Shown one piece after another: positions 28,490-42,850 of a stretch of DNA of 64,000 bases (positions are counted from its first letter, which is position 1; every line of letters starts with the position of its first letter). Location of the stretch: NCBI RefSeq assembly GCF_009914755.1, contig NC_060931.1; one strand, written 5' to 3'. Source of the stretch: the human T2T-CHM13v2.0 reference genome, Homo sapiens. Position numbers and translations under genes: made by a program. The notes beneath the pieces are model-generated. The model had not been told where the DNA came from. It worked only from the letters and a program-made list of their open reading frames with translations, and did no database searches.

Positions 28490-29150
28490 TACTCATTCAA
28501 TGAGTATTCATTTCACATACACTGTGTGCCAGACACTGTGGACAGCTGTGCCTGAACAGCTCAGGGTCCAGTTTGTGAAACAGACATACAAACAGATAAT
28601 TTAAATACCATGTGATAAGCACCACTGAGGCTGCCTAAACAAAGTATCATGGGAACATAGAGGAAGAAGAAATTAACTCTAGCTGTCAGAATTGGGAGTT
28701 TGGTTTAGTGAGACATTTACAGAGGTGACATTTGAGCCCAAACTTGTCCAATGGTGTTGACCAGGTAGAGAAGAGGGCATGCTGTTTAAAGTACAAGGAA
28801 AGGCATAGCTAAAAGCAGAGAGTCATGAAAAAGCATGTTTCAAAACTGGCAAGTAGTCATGTGTGACTAGAGGCTGTGTGGCTTGAAGGGTATAATGAGT
28901 GAGGTCAATAATAATAATAGCTGCTATTGATTTGCAACTATTTTGTGTCAGACAGTATGCTCAAATCTTTCCATGCATAATTGTTAATTTTAATGGATGC
29001 ATTATGAGGTGGCTATTATCCCCACTTTATAGATGAGAAAACTGAGCCTCATTGAAGTTGGGTAAATTTCCTTAATTCACACTCCTAGTAATTAGCTGTA
29101 GTGGTATTTGAACTCAGGTCTATTAACTACAAAGCTCGTGCTTAATGATA
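28490..29150 (-). mobile_element. L2 3' fragment followed by MIR
   Basis: tcattcaatgagtattca...tgtgccagacactgtg; then cccactttatagatgagaaaactgag. Confidence 0.7.
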
Positions 29151-29205
29151 CATTGCCTCTCAAAGAGTCTTTCATCCAGCTGGCAAATATGGGGAATAAA
29201 ATGAT

Positions 29206-29230
29206 TGTGTGTGTGTGTGTGTGTGTGTGT
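29206..29230. repeat. (TG)n microsatellite
   Basis: About 12 TG units. Confidence 0.95.
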
Positions 29231-29426
29231 TTAAAAACCTACTGCAGAGTGTGAGGGATGAATTATGGTTGTATGTGAGTGAAATCTGTACAAGGAAAAT
29301 GAATGGTAGATTATAGAAAATAGCCTTATGGGGATAGTGGATATACAAATCTATAAAATAATTCCTCTCAATTAACTGTGAAACTGATTTAGGCTTTCCA
29401 GTATCCTAAAGCACAGGTCATGTTAG

Positions 29427-29801
<375 letters not shown>

Positions 29802-29809
29802 TCTAACAC

Positions 29810-31010
29810 ATCATCCCTTACCCTCTTAATTGCTGACCGACCTTCCTATTTCAAAGAGGAAGTAGAAGCAATTAAAGGAGAGATTTCACCACCCCCATCT
29901 TCTCGCCTGTGCCCATCAGTGGCTCTGTTACCTGCCTCTCAGGCTGTCTTTTCTGTTTATGCTTCCAGCTAAAGCCAATCCCTCTGTTTGCGCCCTAGAT
30001 TCCGTCCCATTATTCCTGCCCCATAAATTGTCTTCCTTCCCAATATCCTTTAACACCACTTCCCCCCTCTTCCCTGGATCATCTCTATTGACGTATCAAC
30101 ATATTATCATTTCTACCACATAAAAAATAATTCTCTCTTGTTGCTCTTCTTAACGTCATCAGTGACTTCTTCATTGCTAAGTGCAGTGGTTTATTCTCTA
30201 CTCTTAATGTGCTTGTCCCAGCAACAGCTTTAGACACAGTCTCTCCCTCTTCTTTGAGAAGACCTTCACTTATTCACTTTACCTCCAGGATATACCATTC
30301 TCTTGCTTTTCCTTCCATCTCACTGGCCAAGTCTTCAAAGTTTCTTTGCTGGTTCTTCCTCATCTCATCAACTTCTTAATGTTGGGGTGCCACAGCATTC
30401 AGCTCTAGAAACTCTTTCCTTCTCTGTCTATACTCATGCCCCTACTGATGTATTCCAGTATTGTGCTTCAAATACCAATTATGTTCATAAATATTAAATT
30501 TGTATCTTGATTCTGGATCTCCCCTCTAAATTCTAGACTAATAAACCCATTTTTTGAGTTGACCTTTCCACTTAGATGTCCAAGATACATCTTAAACATA
30601 TGTCCAGAAGAGAACTTCTAAATTCCCTTCACATTGGCTCTCCTTATAGTTTTTCCCATTCTAGTAAATGATGACTCCAGCCATCTGGTTACTCAAGACA
30701 TGAAGCTTGGCATCCATCACTAACTTCTTTCATAAATGCTCACATCCCACATACAACAAGGCAATCCTATCAGGTGTACATTCAAAATATGTTGAGTATC
30801 TGACTATCTCTTATCACCTATATTGCTACCACTCTGATCCAGCACCCTTATTCCTGCTCTGGTTTATTGCTAAAGCCTCTGAAGTGTTCTCCCTGTTTTA
30901 TGCCTTGTCCCCTACATACAGTTTACTCTCAACACAGCAGCCAGAGTAATACTTTAAAAATATGAGACAGACCTGCCACTATGGTTTTCAAAACTTCCAA
31001 AGGCTTTTCA
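29810..31010 (+). mobile_element. L2 ORF2/3' region
   Basis: Pyrimidine-rich L2 sense: cagctttagacacagt, ccacttagatgtc, caacacagcagccagagt. Confidence 0.7.
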
Positions 31011-31467
31011 GCTCAAGGACCAAACTCTGTCTTTTGATAATTCTTAGGTAAGGGAGACTGAGTAGTTAAGTATTTCTGGTTTTCATTGTCTAAGACAGAG
31101 GAAAGCCAGGAAGGAAATGTATTTGAATGGTTTTTAGTAGCCTATCCATATACTGCCACAATGTGAAAAATCTTTACAAAAACAATAAAATACTTCAGAA
31201 AGACATGGAAGATTTTAAAATTGGAGATGTATACCGTGTTCATAGATGGAAGAACTTAATATCCACCTTTAAGCAACTATCCTAGGGAAAGCCTCAAAAT
31301 GTTTATGAGAAAATATGTGCAATAATATTCATTGAAACATTTCTATAATAGTAAAAATATCTAGGAAGAGCCCAAATGATTGGCAGGAAAACAGACAAAT
31401 TATGATTTAGTCATACAATGAAATAGAGTCTTATATACCTACATAGATAATTCTCAAAAACATAATA

Positions 31468-31814
31468 CAGGTTGAATATCCCTTGGATTTTTTTTTTTGG
31501 TTTTTAAAAATTTGCATATACATGATGAGATATCTTGGGGATAGAACTCAAGTCTAAGAACAAAATGCATTTGTGTTTCACATACACATTATACACACAG
31601 CCTGAAGAAAGTTTTATATAATTTTATGGAAATTTTTAAATAAAATCTTAAATAATTTTTTGCATGAAACAAAGTTTTGACTGTTTTGATTGCAACCCAT
31701 CACATGAGGTCAGCAGTGGAATCACCCACCTGTGGTGTCATGTTGGCACTCAAAAAGTTTCAGATTTGGCAGCATGTCTGATTTCAGATTTATGGATTAG
31801 GGATGCTCAACCTG
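31468..31814. mobile_element. Tigger4/MER46-type element within old L1 sequence
   Basis: TIRs CAGGTTGAATATCCCT / AGGGATGCTCAACCTG; TA at the left flank. Confidence 0.8.
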
Positions 31815-32799
31815 TCTAATGAAGTTACAGAATTATATCATTTTTGCAAATTTCAAATAATGCAAAATAAAATCATATATATGTGTGTGTATATGTGTGT
31901 ATGTATGTGTGTGTGTGCATATTAATGTGTGTACACATACACACACACGTCACATGTGAATGATAAATACCAAATTCAAAATAGTGGCTACTTTTGAAGA
32001 GAATGGGGAATAGAATTGAGGAGGAGTATCTGAAAGGTTTCATCTGAAATGTCTCATTTATGTTTTAAAAATGGTGAGGCAAATATGGCAAAATTATTTA
32101 ATAATCATTAAAACTAAGTATGGATTCGTAAATGCACATTCATTATTTTTCATTTTTATGTTTGAAATATTTTATAAGTAATAGAAAAGTGATTTCATGC
32201 TTTACTTAAAGATGATCACAGTCTATAGTTTAGAGGTGGAGAGAGACATGTCTGCAACTAATTTGTATTTGGAATCTTTTTGATGACTAGAATGGAAAGT
32301 CCCTCAAGTCAGCTTCAAAATGGGGACATTTATTATAAAGTCACACAAAGGACACTTACTGAAATCAAAGGACAGAATCCATAGTACAGCCAGGACTGCT
32401 GGGGACTGGAAAATGGCCAGGAGCCTGGACTACCTTTAATAGAAGCTGCAAGGTTGTGCTCTCTCTCTCTCTCTCTCTCTTTCTCATTTTCTCGGGACAG
32501 GTACTTTAGCCTCTGCTCTCTACTTCCTCTTAACCTCTCTGATTCATCTATAGGATATAAGATGAAGTTTCCCATCTGACTGGCAACTTTATTTGGTGAT
32601 TCTGTTCAGATTCCAAAAGAGGGTACATAATGCACACAGATCGTCATTTTGAATCAGGCCATACAGGTCTGATTTCCATGTCAAGTCCATGTACAGGCCT
32701 TTTCCCATGCTTCATCTTTTGTTCAATCTTAGTGCAAATAGCAGCCCTGGGCTGTTTTTTTTGAGCAAGAGCTGTGAAGGTACCACTACTACTACTAAT

Positions 32800-33000
32800 A
32801 ATAATGATAATTAGCACTTATTTAATGCTTACTGTGTTCCAAAGGCTACACCACACACTTTACATACACCATCCCATTTGCTTCATATGACAACCCTATA
32901 AAATAATACTATCATCCCCATTTCATAGAAGAGGAAAATGAGACAGAGAAACTAAGTAACTTACCCCAGGTCACACTGTAAATGGTAAAGCCAGGGCTCC
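32800..33000 (-). mobile_element. MIR
   Basis: ccccatttcatagaagaggaaaatgagacagaga...aagtaacttaccccaggtcaca. Confidence 0.75.
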
Positions 33001-34586
33001 CAGGCAACCTGAGCATGGCTGACAAATTGACTGACATGTCTCGTCCTTGGCTTCAGCCAGAGTGAACAGCAGTGGGTATTATCATAAGGAATCAGAATGC
33101 AATAGAGAGAAAAGGAAGTCATTTAGACAGGTCACATGTGAAACTGCTGTACCAGAGACTTCAAAATGCAGTAACTCTCTCACATGCCTTTGCCATCTTC
33201 AACACGTAGTTTCCAATTGCCCCAAGCATCACTCTTTCCCAGATAGCAGGAGAAGAGATCCAGGACAAGCGGCTGCTTCTTTAAGGAGATGACCCAGAAG
33301 TTACAGGATCACTTGTATTCAAACTTCATTGGCCTAATTCCATCAGGAGTTGCTTGAAAATGTAGTTTCTAGTTGGAAGGTCTTAGACTCAGTTAAAACA
33401 TTCCTATTGCTAAGGAAAAAAAGTGGGGGAGGGGAAAAATGACCACTAGGAGATAGTTGTATACAGTTGGCCACTTAGGAAGCACAATTTTCAGGAATTT
33501 TAAAAGATAATTCTGTCCTATCCCAGCTTCCAAATGGTGCTAGAATTTCCCTCTCACATACTCTTTTTTGCAGGGCCATTGTGTAGGATTGCTCCACCCA
33601 AGCAGAGAGGACATCATTTCTCAATACTGTGAGGTGAATGCCATCCCAGATCAGGCCCCATAGTGGCACAGCTCTTATTCCTTTCTCCTTCAGTACGCAC
33701 TCCTGTTAACATGAGCAATTCTTAGCAGTTTACATTGCAGTGTGAGTATGGTTTATCCTTGGGAGACTAGGTATTTTCTGCTTGACCCTTGAGCAAGGAT
33801 ACTTCCAATCATCATACATTTCATTAGGTAAGAGTTCTGGGAATAGGAACTTTCACTGGGATAAGCAAAAGGGTTAAAGATCTGATCCCACTCAAGAATT
33901 GACTCCTGGTTATTTGTCTCACTGCTGTCTCTTTGCTCGTCCCAGGGAGGTAAGATGAACCCCAGCCAGCAGCCATGCCTAAACCAGCCTGATATGGGCC
34001 ACCCACTGTGCTCTAGACATGGAAAGAAACACAATCTCATTCTCACTTCCCTTCATCTTGTTGACTTATCTGGCTTTCTTTGGACTGGACTTTTCTCATC
34101 CTGGCATGGTGTATTCTTTAGGTCTGTTTTGGTTGTAAATGATACAAACTCAACTCAAACTAAATCAGTATAAAGGGGAGAGTAGTGCTCATGGAGAAAA
34201 ACCACAGGATGAACAGGGAATATAAGTGGTCTTAGGGAAACTAGAACCAGGTGCTCAAATGCCACTAGAATTTTGCTCTGTGACATCTCTGCCTCATCAC
34301 TTGACTACCTTGGAGCAGTAAAGGCTGTCGCTGGTAGCACAGCCACCAGCAGGCTGATGTCATCCAGAGTTGCTCCTGGAAGAAACTGAGAGCCTCCCTG
34401 GTCCAAGAGAGTACTTCAGAAGTGCTCCGGTTGCTACAGCTCAAACCAGGAATCCAGCCTCAAGCATAGTTGGGATAGGAGGAGAGGTCTGTGAGGCGCA
34501 GAAGTCCCCATCAAGGTCAGAATGTTGGAATAGAGAAATAAGCATTTGCCCCCCCAAAAAGTGTATCTGTATGTATTGGCTAGAGC

Positions 34587-35177
34587 CAGCATTCTCAACA
34601 TGGGATGACTTACCCCCAGGGTACGTCAGGCAATGTCTGGAGACATATTTGATTGTCACAATCAGTGGGGGAGAGGTATGTGTGCCACTGGCATCTAGTG
34701 TGTCAAGGTCAGGGGTGCTGTTAAACAGCCTATAATATAGAGAATAGCCCCCCACCACAAAAAGTATGCAGTCCAAAATGTCAATAAAGGGCCTCCTTGA
34801 ATTACGATGGGGTTACATCCTGATAAATCCATTAATAAGTAGAAAATATTGTAAGTCAAAAATGCATTTAATACACCTAACCAACTGAACATCGTAATTT
34901 AGCCTAGCCTACCTTAAATGTGCTCAGAACACTTACACTAGCATATAGTTGAGGAAAATCATATAACACAAAGCCTATTGTATAATATAATGCTGCATAT
35001 CTCACATGATTTATTGAATACTGTACTGAAAGTGAAAAACAGAATGATGATTGAGTGCCTGAAATACAATTTCTACCAAATGCATATCACTTTTGTACCA
35101 CTGTGAAATCTAAAAATCTTAAGTTAAACCACAGTTATGTCAGGGACCATCTATAGTAGCAAGGTTGAGAAACCCTG
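34587..35177 (+). mobile_element. MER20 (hAT-Charlie), interrupted
   Basis: ggcaatgtctggagaca...ctggcatctagtg...caaaatgtcaaTA, resuming TAgtagcaaggttgagaaaccctg. Confidence 0.85.
34787..35153 (+). mobile_element. MER47A-like Tigger element nested in MER20
   Basis: ttacgatggggttacatcc...agcctagcctaccttaaa...gggaccatct; TA duplication on both sides. Confidence 0.8.
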
Positions 35178-35420
35178 AGTTAGAGGGTAGGATGGGGAGA
35201 ATCTTGCATTTACTATAATAGAAGGGGACAGAAGTGTTAGCCTGCTTTGACAATGTTAGTCCCTCTTAGTGGTAAACTTTGGAGGCTGCAATTCAGGCCT
35301 GGGAATAAAGGACAAGAGGACAGGGGCTGCTTGACCGGCTCTGACTCTCAGGTTTTAACCACTTGAGCTTGGGCAGGCACCCTAATGGCCACCCTAGTTG
35401 ACAGGCACTTCATTCTTTAG

Positions 35421-35635
<215 letters not shown>

Positions 35636-35910
35636 CCTAGAGGTTTTATCTTGACCTTGGCCCCGTACCTACTGCTCTTGGGAACCAGGTCAGGTAGCTT
35701 GTGCTGGGATTAGGGCTAGCTCCCCTGACACAGGTTGCCTACTCAGCACTTCTCATCCTTTACCTCATAGGGAACTGTGTCCCACTACATGGGCCCCTCT
35801 TTCACCTCCGTATCTCTGCACAGGCTAGTCCCTCTTCCTCTGACTGGTTGGCTGCTCATTATCCTTCCAGGTTTATCTCAGTAGTCACTCCTTCAGGAAG
35901 CTTTCCATGT

Positions 35911-35911
35911 C

Positions 35912-35950
<39 letters not shown>
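35911..35950. repeat. (CA)n microsatellite
   Basis: About 20 CA units with one interruption. Confidence 0.95.
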
Positions 35951-35951
<1 letters not shown>

Positions 35952-37779
35952 TTCGGAGATGGCCCACACCTGTTCCCCTATTGCATTCTAGGAACACTTC
36001 CACCACAGCATCACACAACACAAGAGTGAGACAGGAGGTCTCATTTCTCCCAACAGTAGAAATCTCCTTGAACAAAGTGACTGTTTTAGTCCCCTGTGGC
36101 TCTCCAGCAGTCAGGAAAGTGCCTATCACAGTGGGCATAAGACTTTACCAACCTGAAGGTAAAAGGAGCTGGATAAAATACCTCCAAAGACTCCGTATCA
36201 CCCCAAGATTTGTGACAACCTACAATAAAACAGGAAGGTTAGAGATCCAAGTTGATCTTTAGTCTAGTTCTGTGTGGTAAAAATGAAAGACTCTCATAGA
36301 AGAAGAACCAGAATGGCAATCAAGGGAAGGGCACTCCCTATCCTTGTCCTACCTAGAAAGGCCTCAATCCAAAATGCCAGCCTGAAAGCCCTTTTCCCCC
36401 CATCAAGGATGTGTTAAGAGCTCTTGTTTCCAACCTGGCACCGACGTAGTTAAAGCTGCACCATTTGCTGTGTGAGGCTTTGATTCTGCTGACTTTATTT
36501 CAAGCAATCAAAAATACCTAATTTGCATTCACATTCACATCAGTGGCCCATATGTTAGCCCTGTTTAAAAGCTATAGGCTCGCATTCATTATGAAAGACT
36601 TGGCTCCCCTTCGTTATCTTTTCACTTTAAAATTATTGAGATACTGTCGCTACAAAGGTTTATATTTAGCAAAGACACAACGTTTCCGTGTGCGTATGTG
36701 TCTCTGCCCATGTCTGTGTGTCTGAAAGGGATCTGATATTTGCATCTTCCTCCAAAATATCTGATAACTTTCAAAATGGGAAGAGGAAGAGCCGTCTCTT
36801 TCTCGATCTATTTCATATGTGACAGCGCTGCCTCCTACCTAAGGCATCATTAAAATACCGCGTTGCAATATGTCGGTGCACATGATTCTAGACCACACAC
36901 TGAGCCCTGAGAAGCAGGCCCCTCCAGAGAGCCACAGTGAGAAAATCACAGTTTCTTACCAAGAAACCCAGCCAGGGTTTGCTTTTAGGATTCAATCACA
37001 TCTCAATTAGATTCCACTCACTGGCGGGAAGGGCTTGTCTGTGCCTCATTCTTTTACTTATTAAAAATTTACTGACCCCCTACTATGTGAAATGCACTCT
37101 CCTATGTACAACCACAAAGATTTTTAATGAAGGGTCTTAGCTATCAAGGAACTTACAGGGAGCAAACAGGGGGAGGACAAGCATTTCAACAATTAGGACT
37201 CTTGGAAAAATAGGTTAGAATACTGGTACATGCAAAGAGCTAGGAGTGGGGCACTGGAAGGGAGACGTTGGTTCTTCCTGGAGAGTTAGAGCAGCAGGCG
37301 GGACTTCGTGGGCAGGGAGGCCATCATCACCAGCTGGGTATGTTTGACCTGGGCCTTCAGGAAGTAATTTACAGTTGTGGCAAAGCAGAGAAAGGATGAT
37401 GGAGCAGCAGGAGCAAAGGGTAGGATGTGAATTCAGGAAAGCATCTTTGTTCTTCCCCATAGCAGATGCTGTTCGCATGGGCACCCCTCCCCTCCCTGAT
37501 TGTGGCATAGCTAAAAGACACAGTGGCTAAGATGTGTACAACCAACAGCAATAGCATATTTGTTCTCTAGGATCACATACACGAAACTGGTGAAAGTGGG
37601 GAAAACGGGGCTGAGAACAGATGTCAGAAATCTATATCTTTCTATATCCTTGTGTCCTGCTTGGATTTTTTTCCCTGTTCTGTATAAGCACTGCTATTTA
37701 AAGAAAAAAAATTGAAAATATATTTTGAATTGATGAATTCTAAATAACATTCCAAGCTTTATCATTAAAGAAGCTAATT

Positions 37780-38230
37780 AGGGAAACTGCATCATGACAT
37801 CAAGTTTGAAAAATCAAATGAAGTAAAGGGAACCAATAGCATGGATACGTGTTCAATATTTGAACAACGCACTGGGGGCAGGGGAAATGTGTGCAAGAGC
37901 CTTATTATGGTTTTATGGGAAGTAAGAAGCAAGGCAGGGTATGCAGGTTTAGGATTAGCTAGTTGGAATAATTTTGGCTGGTGCTGGGGTGTAGGGTCAG
38001 ACCCTAGTTATTTGGTACCTGGCCCTGGGGTGATTAGGGCAGGGAAATAGTAGCTTGGAACATGATAGTCTAACAAAGAAGAGGTTAGGGATGTTGGTTA
38101 ATTTCGTTCGCTTGGTTTGCATACGAAAGGCACACTCCTAACAGGCGGGGCAGTCCATTCAAAGTCAGCAAGATCCCAGATGTCAAAGCATCAGAATACA
38201 GAAAATAAAAGGACATAATACAGTTTGCCA
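37780..38230 (-). mobile_element. Old ERVL-type LTR (LTR40-like, uncertain)
   Basis: ggattagctagttggaataattt...ggtacctggccctggggtgattagggcagg. Confidence 0.45.
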
Positions 38231-39112
38231 TTGGGGGTGCAAATATTAAAGAAGTGGTTCTCAGGACTTTTTGTTTCATCTTGCTTTATTATATAGAATC
38301 CTATACTCAAATAAAATCTTTCTTAGGTGGCCAATGTATAAAGTAATTACAAAGAGTTGCTCTGGTTGAAGTAAGGGTAATTGGCCCAGAGCCTTAAATA
38401 CACAGCCTCCCTGCCCATCTTCAGGGTAGTTCCACCTAGAAATCTGTGGATAATACTTGGAAACAGGGCCCTGGAGGCCTCTCCTAATGCCAATTGTACC
38501 TGCCAAAATGTGGGACTCAGCTGCTCACATTCTAGCCCTCTGTGCATACATAACCTTGGTCTTTTGGAGGTTCACCAAAGGTTCCAGGAACCCATCACCA
38601 GGTCTGTCCTGCCAGAATCTCACTGCTCACCAAAACACCATCTGCACAGAGGACAAGACTGGGAAAGGAGGCACTTCAAGGCAAGTTGGGATTTGTGTTG
38701 GGTATTGTATGGGAACTTGTTTGGGACCCAAATCAAAATAGACTCTTCTGGGGAGTTAGACTGAACCATGCAGAAGACTGGCCTAGACTAAAGCAATTGA
38801 GCAACCTCTTGTGCTCCCTTCTCCTTTAAGCTCACACATGATTCTCAAGTCCTCCATATCTTCCTACTCCAATGGCAAGGAAAGACTGCCTGGAGATGAG
38901 CCAGATGGCCGTGGAGTAGTCAGAGCAAACTTCACCACAATGTCTAGGATGGGGTAATTGTGCTGACCTGATCCGGACCTTTCAGACCTGCCTTAGTTCA
39001 CTAACTGCAAGTAAGCAAAAAAAAAAAAAAAAGAAGAAAGGAAATCAATATTTCACTGTCATTGGTGTCATCATTATCATTAATACTGTTAATTTTACTG
39101 TAATTGTCAGGG

Positions 39113-39415
39113 TTTTTTTGTTGTCTTTTTTTTAGATGGAGTCTCACTCTGTTGCCCAGGCTGGAGTGCAGTGGTGTGATCTCGGCTCCACTGCAAGCTC
39201 CGACTTCCCAGCTTCACGCCATTCTCCTGCCTCAGCCTCCCGAGTAGCTCAGACTACAGGAGCCCACCACCACGCCTGGCTAATTTTTTTGTATTTTTAG
39301 TAGAGACGTGGTTTCACCGTGTTAGCCAGGATGGTCTCGATCTCCTAACCTTATGATCTGCCCACCTCGGCCTCCCAAAGTGCTGGGATTACAGGCATGA
39401 GCCACCGCGCCTGGC
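39113..39415 (-). mobile_element. AluY
   Basis: gcaagctcc, ttcacgccattctcc, cgtgttagccaggatgg. Confidence 0.92.
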
Positions 39416-39436
39416 AGTGAGTTTTTTTTAATAATA

Positions 39437-39840
39437 CAATCAGGCATCACATAAGGATCGTTTTGGTCAGTGACAGACCACATATATTGCAGTGGTCCCT
39501 TAAGATTATAATGGAGCTGTCCTATATAAGTGTACCATTTTTAAATTTTTACACAGTATTTTTACTGTATCTTTTCTATGTTTCAATGTGTTTAGACACA
39601 CAAATGCTCACCACTGTGTTACAGTTGCCTACAGGATTCAGTAGAGTACCATGCTGTACAGGTTTGTGGCCTGGGAGCAATAGGTGACAACACATAGCCT
39701 AGGTGTGCAGGAGGCTATACGATCTAGGTATGGGTACGTACACTCTATAATGTTCTTACAACGACAAAATCACCTAATAATGCATTTTTCAGAATATAGT
39801 TTCTCAGAAAATATTCCTTTGTTTAAGCAATGCATGACTG
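39437..39840. mobile_element. Tigger3/MER7 (Golem) derivative
   Basis: TA-flanked, ends ttaagcaatgcatgactg; internal aagattataatggagctg. Confidence 0.8.
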
Positions 39841-39893
39841 TATCCCTTTCTAGCTTTAAGACAATTATTACATACAAATGTAATGTGCTTCTT

Positions 39894-40180
39894 ACTTTTT
39901 TTGAGACAGAATCTCACTCTGTTGCCCTGGCTGGAGTACAGTGGCACGATCTTGGCTGTAACCTTTGCCTCCCCAGTTCAGGCTGTTCTCCTCCCTCAGC
40001 CTCCCAAGTAGCTGGGAATACAGGTGTGCGTCACCACACCCAGCTAATTTTTGTATTTTTAGCAGAGACAGGGTTTCACCATGTTGGCCAGGCTGGTCTC
40101 AAACTCCTGACCTCAAGTGATCCACCCACCTTGGCCCCCCGAAGTCCTGAGATTACAGGCATGAGCCCCTGCACCCGGCC
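39894..40180 (-). mobile_element. AluSz/Sx
   Basis: ctcaagtgatcc; TSD tgtaatgtgcttctt / tttaatgtacttctt. Confidence 0.92.
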
Positions 40181-41699
40181 TTTAATGTACTTCTTTATTC
40201 TGAAATAGCTGGGATAAGTTGTATCTCTGTCTCGCCAACCTGAAGTCTCTAAGTCTATGCTCTCTCAAATGGTGCGGTGATGAGAAGACATGGTTGTTAC
40301 TTCTCCTTTGACTTACTGCATCCCATATTTGTTGGGATGCTGAAAGCACGGGCTGAATACTAAGTCTCCCCACTCATGGGACCACTCCATTACCTCCAGC
40401 GAGCCTCATCTCATCCTGCTCCTTTTGCTCAGGAATAAAGGATGGTTTGTTGTCCCTGATTGTACCTCTGTACCCTCTTCTTTCCCATGCTCTTTTCTTG
40501 TGAGAAAAGCATCCAACAGGAGGGAAGGGTGGCTTCCTGTTTTGAATCTTGAGTTAGAAAATGTTCCCCGTTGTTTTATGCTGTGGAACATTCCAAGTGA
40601 CAACTCCTTGGAAACAGTGGTGCCTGACACGCCACTTAATCGGTTGTTGCTCAGTAGCAAGTAATAGAATATTTTGTGTTTATTTGTTTTTTATTTTGGG
40701 TTCAGGACTTTATTGTGGAGAGTTGAAAGAACTTGCCAGAAGTGTGACTTTGAAACCAGTGGAAAGATACCCTATTTTTTATAAGGCTGCTCTTTGCAGC
40801 GCATCCAAACACAGAAGAAAGTGCCCATATTGAGAGTTGATCATGTACTAAGTGGAATTAGAGTCATGTTAGTCCCAGCAGAAACCCAATGTGGCTGATG
40901 TAGGGTGAGGTATTAGACAAACACTTTACAGTCTGTTTTTGTAATATAGATGTTTCTATGTACTGGCTGCATGATTGATTTTAAACTGCTCTCTTCCTGT
41001 CATTCATATTGACATGAATATTGAATGTTCAAGTGAGATGATTTATTTTCAAAATGTATAGAGTGTGAGCCCTAGGTAGGCTGTTATTGCACATAGTTAT
41101 TTAATATGAAAGCAAAAACATTTGGCTCTGAACTTATTTTCTTGGCTTCTTAGATAATATGGAAAACTAGAAGTTGAATTTAACCCATATGGACAGGTAG
41201 GTGAAGTAGAAAACAAGCTCATGTGGAGATGGAATGGAACCGCCCTTGATCAGATGACAAATGATATTGGGAAGCAATTGGCGGTGGTTTGTGTTATGTT
41301 CCAGGCCTTACTGATTCTGGCACAGCTACCTTGCACATCTCCAGAAGTTTAGGGCAAACACTTAAATATATAACAACAAGAACAAAAAGGCGTTCGAAGA
41401 TCATGATAGAATGACTTCAAGATTAATTTTGCAGATATTTTTTAGAAAATATTTTATGGGCTCTATTCACTTCTAAGTAGCATCCTCAGATTTCTGAAAT
41501 ACTCTCAGAAATATCTGAAACTCATTGATACAGAAACCAGCCCAGCGATTGTTCAAGGATGTGAAGAGGAGATTCTGAGGATGCTCTGTAATTCTGATTT
41601 GTTTGTCATTTTGAATTACCAAGTGACAGAACCCCAAGTTGTATAAGCAAAGAATGAATCCAATCACCCCATGATCAAGTCAGTAAACCTGATTTTCAA

Positions 41700-42180
41700 G
41701 ATGGCAACTGATGCAATAAGGTAGATACTGGCCACCTGTGGCTATTAAGAACTTGCAATGTGACGAAAGTAACTAAAAAATTGACTTAAATTTTATTTTA
41801 ATTAATTTCAATTTACGTACTGATATTTTACTTAGTTATTGAAAAACTTTAAGTACATCTGGAGCAATTTGGCTTTGTTAATCTACTTTTTCAACTGTAA
41901 ATCTAAATACAGATTATTTCTGAGGAAGATTTAGCATCTGAATCAAGACATGTTGTAAGCATAGAACACACATCAGATTTAAAAGACTATAAAAATGCAA
42001 ACATTTCATCAATAAGTTTTATATTGATTGCTCATTGAAATAATATTTTGGATATATTGAGTTAAATATAATTTATTAAAATTAACTTTACCTGTTTCTT
42101 TGTACTTCATTTTAATGTGTCTACTAATAATTTAATTACATATGTGCCTAGAATTATTTATATATTGAACAGTGCTGCTT
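41700..42180. mobile_element. Charlie5/MER33-type hAT element
   Basis: gccacctgtggctatt...; terminal tattgaacagtgctg. Confidence 0.65.
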
Positions 42181-42479
42181 TAGAGAGGATAACAAACAAT
42201 ATTACAAATCTAGTTTTTTGATTCTTGGTCTCTTGATTTTTTTTTCCCTGAACTATACTGCTTCTGTAGAATATTTTCTGATCTCCCTCATCGTCTCTGC
42301 AAAAGCTGGTATGTGGGCTTTCATCAAAAGCTAAAATAAAATTTGAAAAAAACACTGTCTGGCTGGTTTAGACTCTCTGCTCTGCCGTCTTGCCTATTCT
42401 CCATGCTGGCCCTTTACTTTAGGTCTTGACCTTGCTGTCAGTCTGGGCTGCTAATTGTGATTCTTCATGTTGTTCTTTG

Positions 42480-42850
42480 TAGTATTATTCACCAGATTCA
42501 CCATCCTCTCCAGCAGGAGGATGATGCATCTCTTCCTCTTGAAATCAGGTGTGGCCATGAGATTGCTTTGGGCAATGAAGCCTGAGCAAAGGTGATATCT
42601 ACCTCTTGTGGGTGGAAGTTCTAGAGCTGTGTGGCCTTTGACATGTTTTCTTCTCTTTCTGCCATGAGCCGGATGGAGGCTGCGATGCCCTAGGCTGCTC
42701 CATCAGTCTAGGTTCTAGAGTGGAGGTGACTGGAGTGAGCTGCAGCCAGTGCTGGGTCCTAGCATGAGTGAGGACAGCCCTCTGTGCTAGAAGCTTCTGA
42801 GATTTAGGGGTCTTTTATTATTGCAACATAACCTAGTCCTTATTGTTTAT
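42480..42850 (+). mobile_element. MLT1 (I/J-like) LTR
   Basis: ggtgtggccatgagattgctttgggcaatgaa...ctgagatttagggg...gcaacataacctag. Confidence 0.65.

Noticed and set aside
35259-35272. Possible reverse CTCF motif (CCACTAAGAGGGAC)
   Set aside because: An extra base breaks the core spacing
39684-40208. 174-aa ORF
   Set aside because: Read-through of a Tigger3 fragment and an antisense Alu; typical Alu pseudo-peptide
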